Source of the DNA: Prasinococcaceae sp. CCMP 1430
Lineage: Eukaryota; Plantae; Prasinodermophyta
Assembly: GCA_013416795.1 (NCBI GenBank)
Contig: RQSC01000022.1
Location: 50,802 to 104,601, forward strand
Direction: 5' to 3'
Length of the DNA stretch: 53,800 nt
Below are positions 36,236-46,453 of the stretch, one piece after another. How positions within the stretch are numbered: position 1 is the first letter of the stretch; the number at the start of each line of letters is the position of its first letter. The translations under genes were made by a program, and so were the position numbers. The notes under the pieces were generated by a model that made no database searches, was not told where the DNA came from, and saw only the letters and a program-made list of their open reading frames with translations.

Positions 36236-36642
36236 GGCGGCGGCGCGCCGCGCGTGCGCGCGCGAGCGCGCGGGGACGCNNNNNNNNNNNNNNNNNNNNN
36301 NNNNNNNNNNNNNNNNNNNNNNNNNNNNNNNNNNNNNNNNNNNNNNNNNNNNNNNNNNNNNNNNNNNNNNNNNGCGCGCCGCGGCGAGCGCCAGGCGCAT
36401 GCGCGGGCCGCAGCGCGGACGCGCGCGCTGTGACCCACACACACACACGCACACACACACACACACGCACACATGCACACACACACACACGCACACACGC
36501 ACACACACACACGCACGCACGCACACACGCACACACGCACACACACACACGCACGCACGCACACACGCACACACACGAACGCGTGTACGCACCGCAGCCG
36601 CCGCTGGGAGGCGCCCCGACCCCCGCAGCAGCGCGAGCCACC

Positions 36643-36836
36643 TACTCTCCCGTGTGCACATATATAGAGTATTTTGTAATAGTGCTAGTACTATACCAAC
36701 ACAAGCTGGAGAGATCGTACATCAAAACGCATGTGAAAAGCAATTTTCGGTGAAAGACTCTCCCGTGTGTAAATATATAGTTAGAGTACACTACAAACTC
36801 CGCAGGCTGGTGAGATTGTATATCAAAACGCATTGC
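36643..36836. repeat. AT-rich degenerate direct repeat (2 copies, ~123-bp spacing)
   Basis: ACTCTCCCGTGTG..ATATATAG...GCTGG.GAGAT.GTA.ATCAAAACGCAT occurs at 36644 and 36767. Confidence 0.8.
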
Positions 36837-37009
36837 ACGCGTGCACGCGCGCGGTGCGGGAGGCTGTGTGTGGGGTGGGGTGGGGGGGAGGGGAGGGGAG
36901 GGCACGCGGGTAGGGGCGCCACACGGCACGCGCGGCCGCGCGGCGCTGGCGCGTGCGTGTGTGTGTGCGTGCGTGTGTCGACGCGTCGTCTCATCCCGCG
37001 CGTGGCGCG

Positions 37010-37165
37010 ATGGAGTGCGCGCTGACGTCCAAGGTGCCCTCGCTGGCGGTGGATCCGCTGCGCGCGACGCTGCGCGCGGCGTGCGGCGGGTGCGAGCGCG
37101 CCGTGCACGTGCACGAGCTCACGATGCGGCTCGCGCGGCGGCGGCCGGACGCGCCTTCCTATAAG
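37010..37165 (+). CDS. MED18: Mediator subunit MED18-like, first exon only
   Basis: MECALTSKVPSLAVDPLRATLRAACGGCERAVHVHELTMR resembles the plant MED18 N-terminus (MEC.........VE.L...LQGLCG......VHELCL). The exon ends at an AAG|GT donor. Confidence 0.6.
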
Positions 37166-37475
37166 GTACCTGCTCGAGGGTGTCGAAGAGACCGACTCTG
37201 AGTGGCGAATCGATTCTAGTGGCGATGAGGCGCCGGCAGGGCAGGGCGCAACGCTCAGTGCGGCACCTGCGCTCGAGTGCGCGACCGGAGTTCCCTCCTG
37301 GACAAATCGCGTGGACAAGTTCGAAGGCACGCTCGACTGGGTGCTCGTCGAGCGCGGGCGGCTTGTGCCGATGCGGCACGCCCCGCCCGTCGCAGACTCT
37401 GTGGGCTTCTTGCCGTCGGAGGAGTTTCCGTCGGACCATATCGCCGTGTGCTGCGACGTGCAGTACACGCCATGA
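37164..37475 (+). CDS. C-terminal fragment of an EEP-family CCR4/PDE12-like phosphodiesterase/deadenylase (not in the ORF track)
   Basis: The frame from 37167 reads YLLEG...SWTNRVDKFEGTLDWVLVE...GFLPSEEFPSDHIAVCCDVQYTP*, containing the TN....F.G.LD and P..FPSDH signatures. Confidence 0.75.
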   Translation, partial: RYLLEGVEETDSEWRIDSSGDEAPAGQGATLSAAPALECATGVPSWTNRVDKFEGTLDWVLVERGRLVPMRHAPPVADSVGFLPSEEFPSDHIAVCCDVQYTP

Positions 37476-37656
37476 GCGCATTGAACACCGTCGGAGCAGC
37501 GTGGTGACGCGCCCTGGAAATGTCGTAAACTATGTCAATATCATGTACAACACGCCCGCAGCGGCTCGGTCCCGAGCGGCGAGCGCAGCGTGGGCCATCT
37601 GCGCACAGCGCCGAGCCAGAGCGAAGGCCAAGCGACGCTACACGCGCGTTTCACGC

Positions 37657-38391
37657 TCATGCCATCATGGTCTTGAACTCCTCGAAGTCAATAAGCCCCG
37701 AGCCGTCCTTGTCCGTCTCCTTGATGAGCTGCTCGATGTCGATGGTGAGGCCGAATTCAAGGATGGTGTTGCGCAGCTTAGTTGTCGAGATCTCGCCTGT
37801 CTTATCAGCGTTGCCGCCTAGGGCCACGAATGCCTCGATGGTATCACTCTCGTCACCGCGCGCAGCCTCCTTAGCCTGCGTGACAAGGAACGCGCGCGGA
37901 TGCCCAGCAGCAGGAAGGATGCGTCGCACGAGCGCGTGGGGTGGAAGTGGGGGGGTCACAAGCACGTGAGACAGGGGAAGACTTGAGTCAGGGATGTCCG
38001 CACGCACATTTCCACCCGCTAGCACGCGCAAGGAGCAGCGCGCTTTGCACGCGTCGTGCGAATGCGCGTGCATGGCCTGCTCGCACGCCCGGGAGAAGCA
38101 CCTGCGCACGTGCGCTCGCTCATCCGCGCTGCTTCTTGTGTGCCTACGCCCATGCCTGGCGCATACCTTCTGGCTCTCAATCACTCGCAGGAACTCGGAA
38201 AACTCGATCTCACCGCTGTTGTCGTCGTCGACCTCCGAGATCATGAGGAAGATCTCCTCCTCGGTGGGGTTCTGACCGAGCGCCTGCAGCGTGGCCTTGA
38301 GCTCGGTTGCATCGATGGTGCCGCTGCCGTCCTTGTCGAAGCGGCTGAACGCCTCACGGCAGCCGTCGATCTCCTCCTGCGACAGGCCCAT
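37657..38391 (-). CDS. Calmodulin-like outer-arm dynein light chain LC4 (18-kDa Ca2+-binding); join(38391..38167,37875..37657)
   Basis: EF hands [24 protein letters not shown] and [12 protein letters not shown], plus the LC4-diagnostic [17 protein letters not shown] and [12 protein letters not shown]. Confidence 0.9.
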   Translation of the reverse strand: MGLSQEEIDGCREAFSRFDKDGSGTIDATELKATLQALGQNPTEEEIFLMISEVDDDNSGEIEFSEFLRVIESQKVCARHGRRHTRSSADERAHVRRCFSRACEQAMHAHSHDACKARCSLRVLAGGNVRADIPDSSLPLSHVLVTPPLPPHALVRRILPAAGHPRAFLVTQAKEAARGDESDTIEAFVALGGNADKTGEISTTKLRNTILEFGLTIDIEQLIKETDKDGSGLIDFEEFKTMMA

Positions 38392-38485
38392 GGTCGCGAG
38401 CGCGTGGGCGCGCGCGCAGTCCCGGAGGGCGCACGCCGCGCAGAGAATGGCGCNCGCGCGGGCGACGCCGCGCGGCGGCGGGTGC

Positions 38486-39510
38486 ATGGACGCGGCGTGC
38501 GTGGCGGCGTGCGGCGGCATGGACACCGACGCCCACATGGGCAACCCCGACGCGTCCCTGCGGACGTGGACGGGCACGCACCAGGCCATCGGGGACGGCA
38601 CCGGGTGCATCCGGCTGCCCGCGGCGCAGCAGCCGGTCGCCGAGCCAGAGGTCAACTGCATCTACCTGAGCAGCTACGCGCGCGCGGGGGGGCCTTGGGC
38701 CGAGGAGCGCGGCATGGCGGGCGCGCAGCACAGGTGTGGGCCCAAGTGCACCATCCGTCAGGTGAGCTCGCGATCGCGCGCCGCGCGCGGCGCTCCGACC
38801 GCCCCCCCCCACACACACACACCGAACACACACACACGCCGACCGACCGACCTCCCTTCCTCGCGCCCTCGCGATAGGCGCTGACGCCGGCGCCGCGCGC
38901 TGCGCGCCCGCCACCCGCCCAGGAGTTCGGCAACGTCTGGAGGTGCATGTCCAGCGGCAAGCTGCACATCTGTGACGCGACATGCGAGGAGCGCATCGCG
39001 TGGGGGCCCAACGAGTGCATCTGCCGGATATCGCGCAGGGTGACGCCCCTCACGCACAACGAGGCGTCGTACGTCCGCCGCGTGCTCTCCAAGCGGTCCG
39101 CGCGCGACGACGACATCGAGGACAGCGACGACGCCGGAGCATCGCCCTCGCGTGGCGGCGGCGCGCGCGCGCGCGCGTACGCGAGCGCGCAGGCGCAGCG
39201 GCAGCACCTGCAGCAGCAACAGCAGCAACACACCGGCGGGTGCTTCGGCATCCTCACGCCCGGCGGCGAGAGCTCCAAGAGGCAGCGCTCGGCCGTGCGC
39301 CCGCCGCCGTTCCAGCAGCTCGCGAACGGCCAAACCAGCCACGCCCCGACTGCGAGCAGGGGCGTCAATCCCTTCGCCGTGGGCTTCGGCGGCGCGTCGA
39401 CCAGCAGCGCGCTGGGCCCGCCGGGACCCGCCGGCGTGGGCGCCTTCGGCTCCATGAGCGGCTTCAACTCGTGTGCGGGGGCCGCCGCGCCGGACACGGA
39501 CATGTGCTGA
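38486..39510 (+). CDS. Conserved green-lineage Cys/His (putative zinc-binding) protein related to the SKIP31 C-terminal domain; join(38486..38761,38923..39510)
   Basis: HRCGPKCTIRQ|EFGNVWRCMSSGKLHICDATCEERI...CICRISR; branch point GCTGAC at 38880; low-complexity Q/G-rich tail. Confidence 0.7.
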
Positions 39511-39819
39511 GGCCTCGCCGCGCCCTCGGCAGCGCTCGCGACACGCGCGCGCCCTTATGTACAAACCTCGACGAAACGTAGCGTACGCACGCACGCGCAC
39601 ACGCGCGCGTGGAGAGAGGCGGGCGCACGCGCGCGCGCAGAGCGCCGCGCGTGGGTGGCCGCTCGCCGAACCGAGCGCCCGTGAGGCCGCCTCGGGTCGG
39701 ACAAAGAAATGCGTGGCATCGACAACAGGGACTAGCAGCCGCCACCGCGCGCGCGGCGCGCGGCGTGGCGCGCGGCGCGCTGCCGACGCGCGCCCGCCGC
39801 CTCGCGTCCAGTCGCGCGC

Positions 39820-42114
39820 TCAGGACTCCCCCTGGGCAGGGAAGGGCTTCTCCCCCAGCACGGGCTGCCACGGGCCGGTGCGCGTGCGGCGGAACTGCGC
39901 AGAAAGAAGGAGTGAGGACAGAGCGCGTGTCAGCGCGCTCCTCGACGTCGCGATGCACGTGCGGGCCGGGCGCCCCTGGGCGCGCACGCATGCGCCACGC
40001 GCGCGCGCGCCCGCACGCCCAGCGCAAGCGCTCGTTGCGCGTACCTTGTCCGTCCACGGCACGACGTCGGCGAAGAAGTCGTACCACACGTGGCCCGGCC
40101 CCGCATCGCGCGAGACCTGGCCCCACATCGAGGGGTAGAGCCTCAGCGCGTCCTCGTACTTCCTCTGGACGTCGGCGCTCTCGAATGTGCCGAAGGCGCT
40201 CTCGACGGCGCCCTCGAGCACGATCACCTTGGCGTCGCGCACGGGGGCGAGCGCCTCGACGAGCGCCGCGTCGCTCAGCCCCGCCGCGACGCTCACGCCG
40301 CCCTCCGGCGCCGCGCACCCATCGCCCTCGTCCGGCGCGCACACGCGCACGCGCGCCTCGCTCAGCCCTCCGGGTCGCCGCGGGTTCTGCAGGAAGGAGT
40401 GCTCGCGGAAGGGCACCGGCACCGCCCCGGGCGCCGCGCGAATGAGGTCTCCATTGAGCGCCTTGTGCATCTTGTCCACCTCCAGGAAGTGGTCCGCCGG
40501 GCAGGCGAAGGGCAGCTTCCCCTGCGAGCCTGGGAAGACGCCGCGGTGGGGGAACCACACGCGGTCGGCGCCGCACATCACCCGCGGCAGCACCACCGCT
40601 CGCCCCAGCGCCACCCCCACGGCGTACGTCGCGCGCAGCCGGCGCAGCGAGTAGTGCACCAGGTCGAAGTGGCCGCGCAGCCCCTCCATCGTGCCGTCGT
40701 ACATCTTCGCCCCCAGCAGCTCCGCCGGGATCTCGAAGTCCGCCGCCACCACGCCGCCCGGCGGGTCGTAGTACGCCGGCTCGTCGAGCCACGCCATGGC
40801 CTCGCGCATGCGATGGCGCTTGCCCTCGGTGCCCGCGTACTGGTAGGTGGCGTGGATGGCGTACGGCCTGTCGAAGCCCTTGGCGGCGTACATGCGCTGC
40901 ACGAAGCCCGTGTGGCCCGAGCAGAAGAGCGCCACCGGCAGGATGCCCGCCGTCATGCGGCCGCCCCAGCCGACGAAGAGGCGGTCGGAGGACACGCCGT
41001 CGGCGGCGAGCGGCTTGGTGCCCCCCTTGCGGATGAGGTCGTTGAAGGCGGCCTGGTCCCAGTACTTGGGGTCGGCGTCGATGGCCTCCTGCCACGTGCG
41101 CGCGAAGGCGCGGCTGGCGTCCGTGGCGCGGAAGAGCATGATGCCGATGTTGAAGGCGCTGCCCGCCTGCGGCCAGTGCTCGAGGCCGTCGTCGCCGTCG
41201 TCGAGCGTCGAGCCCAGGTGGTCGGACGACGTCAGCACGTCCGCGGCGCGCAGCTCCTTGCGCTGCACGTACTCGTTGGGGTCGCGCGCGTAGACCACGT
41301 CCACGTCGGTCAGCAGGATGTCCACGCCCAGCTCGGTGAACTTGGAGATCAGCGCGATCTTCTGGCGCCCCATCTTGTGGAAGGTGGGCGATCCCCACCC
41401 GAAGTCCCCCAGCGTGAGCGAGTTGAGGTCCATCGCGAACGTCGGCACGTCCCTCTCGCGCAGCGCGTCGAGCATCTTGTCGTCCATCGCGCCCACGATG
41501 TAGTTGCTCACGCCCAGCTCGCGCAGGTGGCCCACCCAGTTCATCACGAAGTCCAGGTAGTGGAAGTTGGCCCACGTCACCATCACCAGGTTGTCCTTGG
41601 CCGCCGATCGCACCAGCTCCGAGGTGAGCGCGCCGCCGTCGCTGCCGCTCGCGACGGGGCCGGTCGCGGCGGCGGAGGCCTGCGGCGCGGCCGCCTGTGC
41701 AGGAGCGGCCTCGGCGGGGCTCGTCCCCTTGGCTTCCGCAGGCGCCGCGGCCTCGGCGGGGCTCGCCCCCTGTTCCTCCGCAGGCGCCGCGGCCTCGGCG
41801 GGGCTCGTCCCATCCTCCTCCCTCTCCGCACCTCCGCGGGCGGCCTCGTCGGCTCGCGCCACGCTCACGGCCCTGTGCGCGGCGTCGCCGCCCACAAAGT
41901 ACTCGCTCACCCGCTCGCGCACCGCGGCGGCGTTCGCGCCGCCGAGGTAGTCCCCGACGTCGGCGGCGACCCTCTCGGCGTGCAGCGCGCCGCCGCGCGC
42001 CGCGTAGATGAGCTGGTACCGCAGCGGCTGCAGCGGGCCGAGCAGCAGCATGCTCGCCCCCAGCGCCGCGACCACGGCACACAGGAAGCTGCCGCGCATG
42101 CCGAGCGCGCCCAT
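39820..42114 (-). CDS. XEG113: GT77 nucleotide-diphospho-sugar transferase, XEG113-like arabinosyltransferase; join(42114..40045,39894..39820)
   Basis: N-terminal TM anchor, VTWANFHYLDFVMNWV, DFGWGSPTFHKMGRQK, DxD motif LLTDVDV, DVLTSSD, FNIGIM, WDQAAFNDL, FCSGHT, HATYQY..TEGKRHRMREA, CPADH, GHVWYDFFAD. Confidence 0.9.
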   Translation of the reverse strand: MGALGMRGSFLCAVVAALGASMLLLGPLQPLRYQLIYAARGGALHAERVAADVGDYLGGANAAAVRERVSEYFVGGDAAHRAVSVARADEAARGGAEREEDGTSPAEAAAPAEEQGASPAEAAAPAEAKGTSPAEAAPAQAAAPQASAAATGPVASGSDGGALTSELVRSAAKDNLVMVTWANFHYLDFVMNWVGHLRELGVSNYIVGAMDDKMLDALRERDVPTFAMDLNSLTLGDFGWGSPTFHKMGRQKIALISKFTELGVDILLTDVDVVYARDPNEYVQRKELRAADVLTSSDHLGSTLDDGDDGLEHWPQAGSAFNIGIMLFRATDASRAFARTWQEAIDADPKYWDQAAFNDLIRKGGTKPLAADGVSSDRLFVGWGGRMTAGILPVALFCSGHTGFVQRMYAAKGFDRPYAIHATYQYAGTEGKRHRMREAMAWLDEPAYYDPPGGVVAADFEIPAELLGAKMYDGTMEGLRGHFDLVHYSLRRLRATYAVGVALGRAVVLPRVMCGADRVWFPHRGVFPGSQGKLPFACPADHFLEVDKMHKALNGDLIRAAPGAVPVPFREHSFLQNPRRPGGLSEARVRVCAPDEGDGCAAPEGGVSVAAGLSDAALVEALAPVRDAKVIVLEGAVESAFGTFESADVQRKYEDALRLYPSMWGQVSRDAGPGHVWYDFFADVVPWTDKVRATSACAGRAGARARGACVRAQGRPARTCIATSRSALTRALSSLLLSAQFRRTRTGPWQPVLGEKPFPAQGES

Positions 42115-42591
42115 CGCCGACGCGCCGGCCCACGCGCCGCCCCCCCCTCCGCGGGCGCCGCGCGAGAGAGGGCGCGAGCGCGCGCTCTGGCTCGCCCCCC
42201 CCACCCCGCGGCGGCGGCGACGCTGCTGCTGCGCCGATCTGCGCGTCGCTCGGGGAACCTGAGCGCACAAAACTTAACCCTAAAATGCAATGTACAGTAA
42301 ACCTCAATAGTCTGAAACCAAACCTCAACATCCGCGCGCGGCGTGCCGCCGCGCTCGCCTCGCTCGAGGGAGGAGGGGCCTCGCGTGAGGCGCGGCGCCC
42401 CCACGCCACGCGCGCGTGTGCGCGCGCGTGCACTCTCGAGTGCGCGCGGGGGCGTGCGCGGGGGCGCTCTCGCGCGCGACGCCCTTGGCGAGAGCGCCGG
42501 AGTCCACACAATGATGATGATAGTACAGTACACAGGTGCGGCTGACATTGCCGCAGAGAGAAGAAGAGCGGAGTGGCGTCTGTGAGCGGCG

Positions 42592-44269
42592 TCAGTGGCC
42601 GCTGCCGCGCAGCGCGAGCGCGGCCGCGGCGACGGCCGCGCAGGCGAGGGCGGCGAGCAGCGCGGCGACGCGCTTGGTGGTCTCCTGCGCTCGGCGCCAA
42701 AACTGCGTGTAGGGCCGCCCGGCCATCTGCTGAGTCAGGATGAAGGAGTGGGGGCTGAACACCTTCGGGAGCAGGGCGTTCAGCACCGTCCGTAGCGCGA
42801 AGTTGAGCGTCCAGAGGAACGAGCCGAGCGCGCTCTGCGAGTACTGCCAGGGGTACGACGTCGCCACCAGACGCACCAGCGCCTCCACGTCAGGGCCGCG
42901 CGCGGCGCTGTACGCCTCGACGGCGTCGCCCAGCGATGCGCCCGAGCCAGAGCTCGTGGCGTCCAGCTGCTCCGCCAACAGCTCGACGTCCTCGAGCGCG
43001 CTGTTGACGCCCTGCCCGATGTCGGGGGGAAAGGCGTGCGCCGCGTCGCCAACCAGCACCGCAGCGGTGGCGCCGTCCTCGCTGAGCGACGCACCCAGGC
43101 AGGGCGTGCGCTGCGGCTCGGGGAAGGTCCCGCCACTCGAGGCGGCGAACGAGGCCGCCTCCTCTTCCGGGACGGTAATGCGCCAGTCGACCTGCGGGAA
43201 GACCCGCTGGAAGTACTCGTAGAACGACTCGGCGTCGTGCACTTCGGTCCAGAGCTCGTGGTCGGGGTTTGTGATCACGTTGGCCGTGCGCACAGTCATC
43301 CCAGGCGCAACCGGCAGGAGGCCGAGGCGCAGGGCTTTCTTGGAGCCTTTGTTGGCCCCGCGGATGCTGACCAGGCGCCCCTTCTCTGCGACGCGCGCCT
43401 CGTCCCCGAGTCGCAAGTCGGCGGGCAGCGTCAGCACTTTGTAGCGCAATCCTGCAGCCGGTGACGGGAGGCTCTGCAGCCCAAAGCGCTCCGAGCCGTC
43501 CCACGCTTCGAGGGCGCTCTTCACGCGCGAGCGGTAGCCGTCCGCGCCGACGAGCAGCGCGGGCCGCAACGTCACGCCGGCTCGGCTGCCGATGTCGCCC
43601 ACCGCGGACGGAGACAGGGTCACAGTGGCGCCCCCGTCGCCAATCGCAACGCTCGCCTCCCAGCCGCGGCGGAGCTCCACTCCCTCCTGCGTTTTGGCCA
43701 CCCCCAGCAGCGCGTGCAAGAGGTCCTGGCGCGGCATCCAGTACTGCACGTTGCCGTCCGCCTTGACCGCCACGCTCCTGTCGGTCACCCTGCCGTTCGG
43801 CTCGGCGATCGTGATAGGCAGCTCCTCGGCCGTCATGACCGCGCGCTCGGCGAGCGCCGCGGCGACCGGCGAGCCGTCCTCGAGGCCGACGGTCGCGTCC
43901 AGCGCGGCGCGGCCGCGCGCGTCCAGGCTGTACACGAAGCCGCGCGTCGGGTCGAATGCCCACCACGCACGCCTCGCGGTGCGCGCGGGGCGACGCGGCC
44001 CTCGCCACCGCGCGCATGCTGACGGGAGGCGGCGAAGCCTGAGAGCGGCCCCGCGCGCCTGGCACCGCCTCCCCGTGAGGGGTCACTCCCCGTACGCCGC
44101 CTGCGTGCAGCGTGTGGCGACGCCGCCACGAAGCGAGCGAGCGGCCCCGCGCGCCTGGCACCGCCTCCCCGGGAGGGGGCAACACCCGCACGCCGCCTGC
44201 GTGCTGTGTGTGGCGCCACCGCAGCAGCGCTGCTGCGAACAGGCACAGACACACACAGACGGCACGCAT
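42592..44269 (-). pseudogene. Kynurenine-3-monooxygenase-like FAD monooxygenase with an apparent deletion/frameshift at ~43957-43960 (possibly an assembly error)
   Basis: LLVGADG..S.V, VLVGDAAHAFPPDIGQGVNSALEDV, YPWQY. The upstream frame ends at REACVVG, where the Rossmann GxGxxG should follow, and switches frame to FDPTRGFVYSL. Confidence 0.7.
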
Positions 44270-45059
44270 TTGAACCCTACATAGTAAACCTTAATGCGAC
44301 TGTTCAAAACCTAAACTCGTGGGCTCACGCGCGGGGAGACCTGACTGTGTGTGGGACCGTAGCGCCAGGATAACGCCAGGTGGGTGACAGTTGGGTGGCA
44401 GTGCATTTTCCACGTTGGGGCCTCGGAGGGGTCGTCGCTTGTCTCGGAGGGTTCGTCGCTTGTGAGTTCGTTAGTAGCTTGTCGGCATTCAATCGTGGCC
44501 ACAGGTTTCGGGGGGGAGCAGAAGCGCGAGAAGCGGCACGCGATCGTCACTTGCCACACCGTGCACACAGCGCACGCTGAGCACACGCACGGGCCCTACC
44601 AAGGACGCCACCTGTCTCAGCCAGAGGATTCTCCAAGCAGGGTGGTTGCTTGCGTCTCCTTGCGCCTCTCGCTCGAGCGCATCACCGTCGCGGACTTGGA
44701 GGTATTGAGCTGCCGCTCTCTCTCTCTCTCTCTCTTGCCACTTTGTGACTTCGTCCCAGCAGCCCACCCGAACGTGGTTGACGTTGCGCCCGCCTTAGCC
44801 TCACCTCTTCCCCACCCGATCCTTGCTGACTTCGTGCTTCAATTTTTGGACCCTCAAGAGCGTGGCTGTCACGTTCGTACAGTAGTCACACGCATCCCTC
44901 AGCAGGCAGGCGTCTCTAAAAGCGTAAGCCCGCTTGTGCGAACAAAAGAAGCCAGGAGTCTGAGGCGTTACGAGCAGAGTGGTGACAGCACAGCTTTGTC
45001 AGACCACTAAAAGGGCTGGTACGCAACGACTAAGACCAATCAAGCAAGCATTGCCAAGC

Positions 45060-45896
45060 ATGGACCCACGGCCGCAAACGCCGCGGGGCCGAGGCGGCAG
45101 CTTCATAAGTCTAGTGCCCTCACGTTCTAATTCTCAAGACGACCTCGCGCAGCAAGTTGAACTCACTCCTCGGGCTCAGGACGGCATGAACCTCAACGAC
45201 TTAAACGAAATCGCCGCGGACGATGCCGGTGCTGTGGAGAATGGGGAGGCAGGTACCTTCGAAGCGGAGCCACCTGAGCTTCAAGCCCTCAATAGGTGTT
45301 TTCAAGAATTGCAGAAGCTCAATGCGAAGGAGACAAAGGCGGACCACTACCGGATGGAGCCAAAGGTTGACTACGCCTCCGCGGTGTCTACTGTAGTCTT
45401 CGGTTTCGCAGTACAATCGTTTCAGTCGGCAATGGATCGGTGGGGGACGCGCTTCGACGAGGAGAGCGGAGTTTTCGCACTCCAAGCAATAGATGACAAG
45501 AGGGTGACGGTGGCATTCCTTGTGATTCTCAGCCTGGTGCTTATGCTCTCCGGGGGTGCCACAGCCATATTCATCGTGTGCTCGATGCGAGACTTTGTTG
45601 CAATGAAGAACAATGCAGTAGAGGACAAAGATCGCCTTGAGTGGGTCCGGACAATGCTCTTTCGTGGTCGCCTCTGCACCGTACTTTCCCTCTTTTTTTA
45701 TATGGTGGCACTTATTTTACTTGTATGGACCTACGACCTCACAAGAGGACATGAGGAGTATGACTCGCTAGAGTCGGCCGCCATCTTAATTGCATCGTGC
45801 ATTGCTACGATAGCGTTGGCCGCTGCGTCGTTTTTTGTTCTGGTGCAGGGTTGGTACATTTACTGCACTTCTTGCACGCTGAAGCTTAAGCCATGA
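45060..45896 (+). CDS. Orphan 4-TM membrane protein with Orai/PGG-like topology
   Basis: Intronless ORF with a coiled-coil-like N-terminus and four hydrophobic helices: ASAVSTVVFGFAVQSF; VAFLVILSLVLMLSGGATAIFIVC; LCTVLSLFFYMVALILLVW; AAILIASCIATIALAAASFFVLV. Confidence 0.7.
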   Translation: MDPRPQTPRGRGGSFISLVPSRSNSQDDLAQQVELTPRAQDGMNLNDLNEIAADDAGAVENGEAGTFEAEPPELQALNRCFQELQKLNAKETKADHYRMEPKVDYASAVSTVVFGFAVQSFQSAMDRWGTRFDEESGVFALQAIDDKRVTVAFLVILSLVLMLSGGATAIFIVCSMRDFVAMKNNAVEDKDRLEWVRTMLFRGRLCTVLSLFFYMVALILLVWTYDLTRGHEEYDSLESAAILIASCIATIALAAASFFVLVQGWYIYCTSCTLKLKP

Positions 45897-46387
45897 TAAC
45901 ACTTCCCCTGGTAAACGGAAGAGACCAAGGACCCCTGTCGGTATTGTGCTTCCGAGTCGTCAACACTGCGCCTCCCTCGGCGCCTCGACGACGCAAAATC
46001 AGCCGAAGGCAGCCACAGCACTATGTCGCGCTCGCTGGCAGTCTTGGACCAGGCCGTTTTCATATATTTGCACACTTCTTGCCAGCGCCAAGGGCACGTG
46101 AACTGGTAGTGTCACCGGGATGCGTGGATCCATCAAAGGATGACCTCATAGTGGAACCCATCACAGTAGCGTACCAAAGTTCTCCACAACATAATGAATA
46201 TGGCTTCCAAGTTACACTATGATGCGCTCCTTCCCCTGCTCGGTCGTGCTTCTACTCTCAACCCGAAGTCCTGATGCTCTTGGCCACCCCCGCCCCTCTC
46301 CCCAGCCAGCGGCCGGCCAGCGCGCACTTGAGCCTTCATGTGTTTGTGTGTCGCCAGCCGCAACAGCAGCAACTACAATCGAGTACA

Positions 46388-46447
46388 GTTGCCCCCCCCC
46401 CCCCCCCCCCCCCCCCCCCGGGGGGGGGGGGGGGGGGGGGGGGCAAC
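46388..46447. repeat. Homopolymer palindrome GTTG-C28-G24-CAAC
   Basis: Directly visible, immediately 3' of the iota-CA stop codon. Confidence 0.9.
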
Positions 46448-46453
46448 AGTCGC

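Larger units (their letters stand above)
16930..36600. repeat. Domain in which nearly all intronic, UTR and intergenic DNA is alternating purine-pyrimidine microsatellite ((CA)n/(TG)n/(CG)n mixtures)
   Basis: Directly visible in the sequence. It produces the many spurious HTHT/VCVC ORFs in the ORF track. Confidence 0.97.

Noticed and set aside
16930-36700. Dozens of ORFs rich in [12 protein letters not shown]
   Set aside because: They are translations of stop-free dinucleotide microsatellites in introns and UTRs, not proteins.
44384-45010. ORFs and a 21-bp doublet (44422-44463) upstream of the 4-TM gene
   Set aside because: No family signal; could be a TE relic but the evidence is insufficient.
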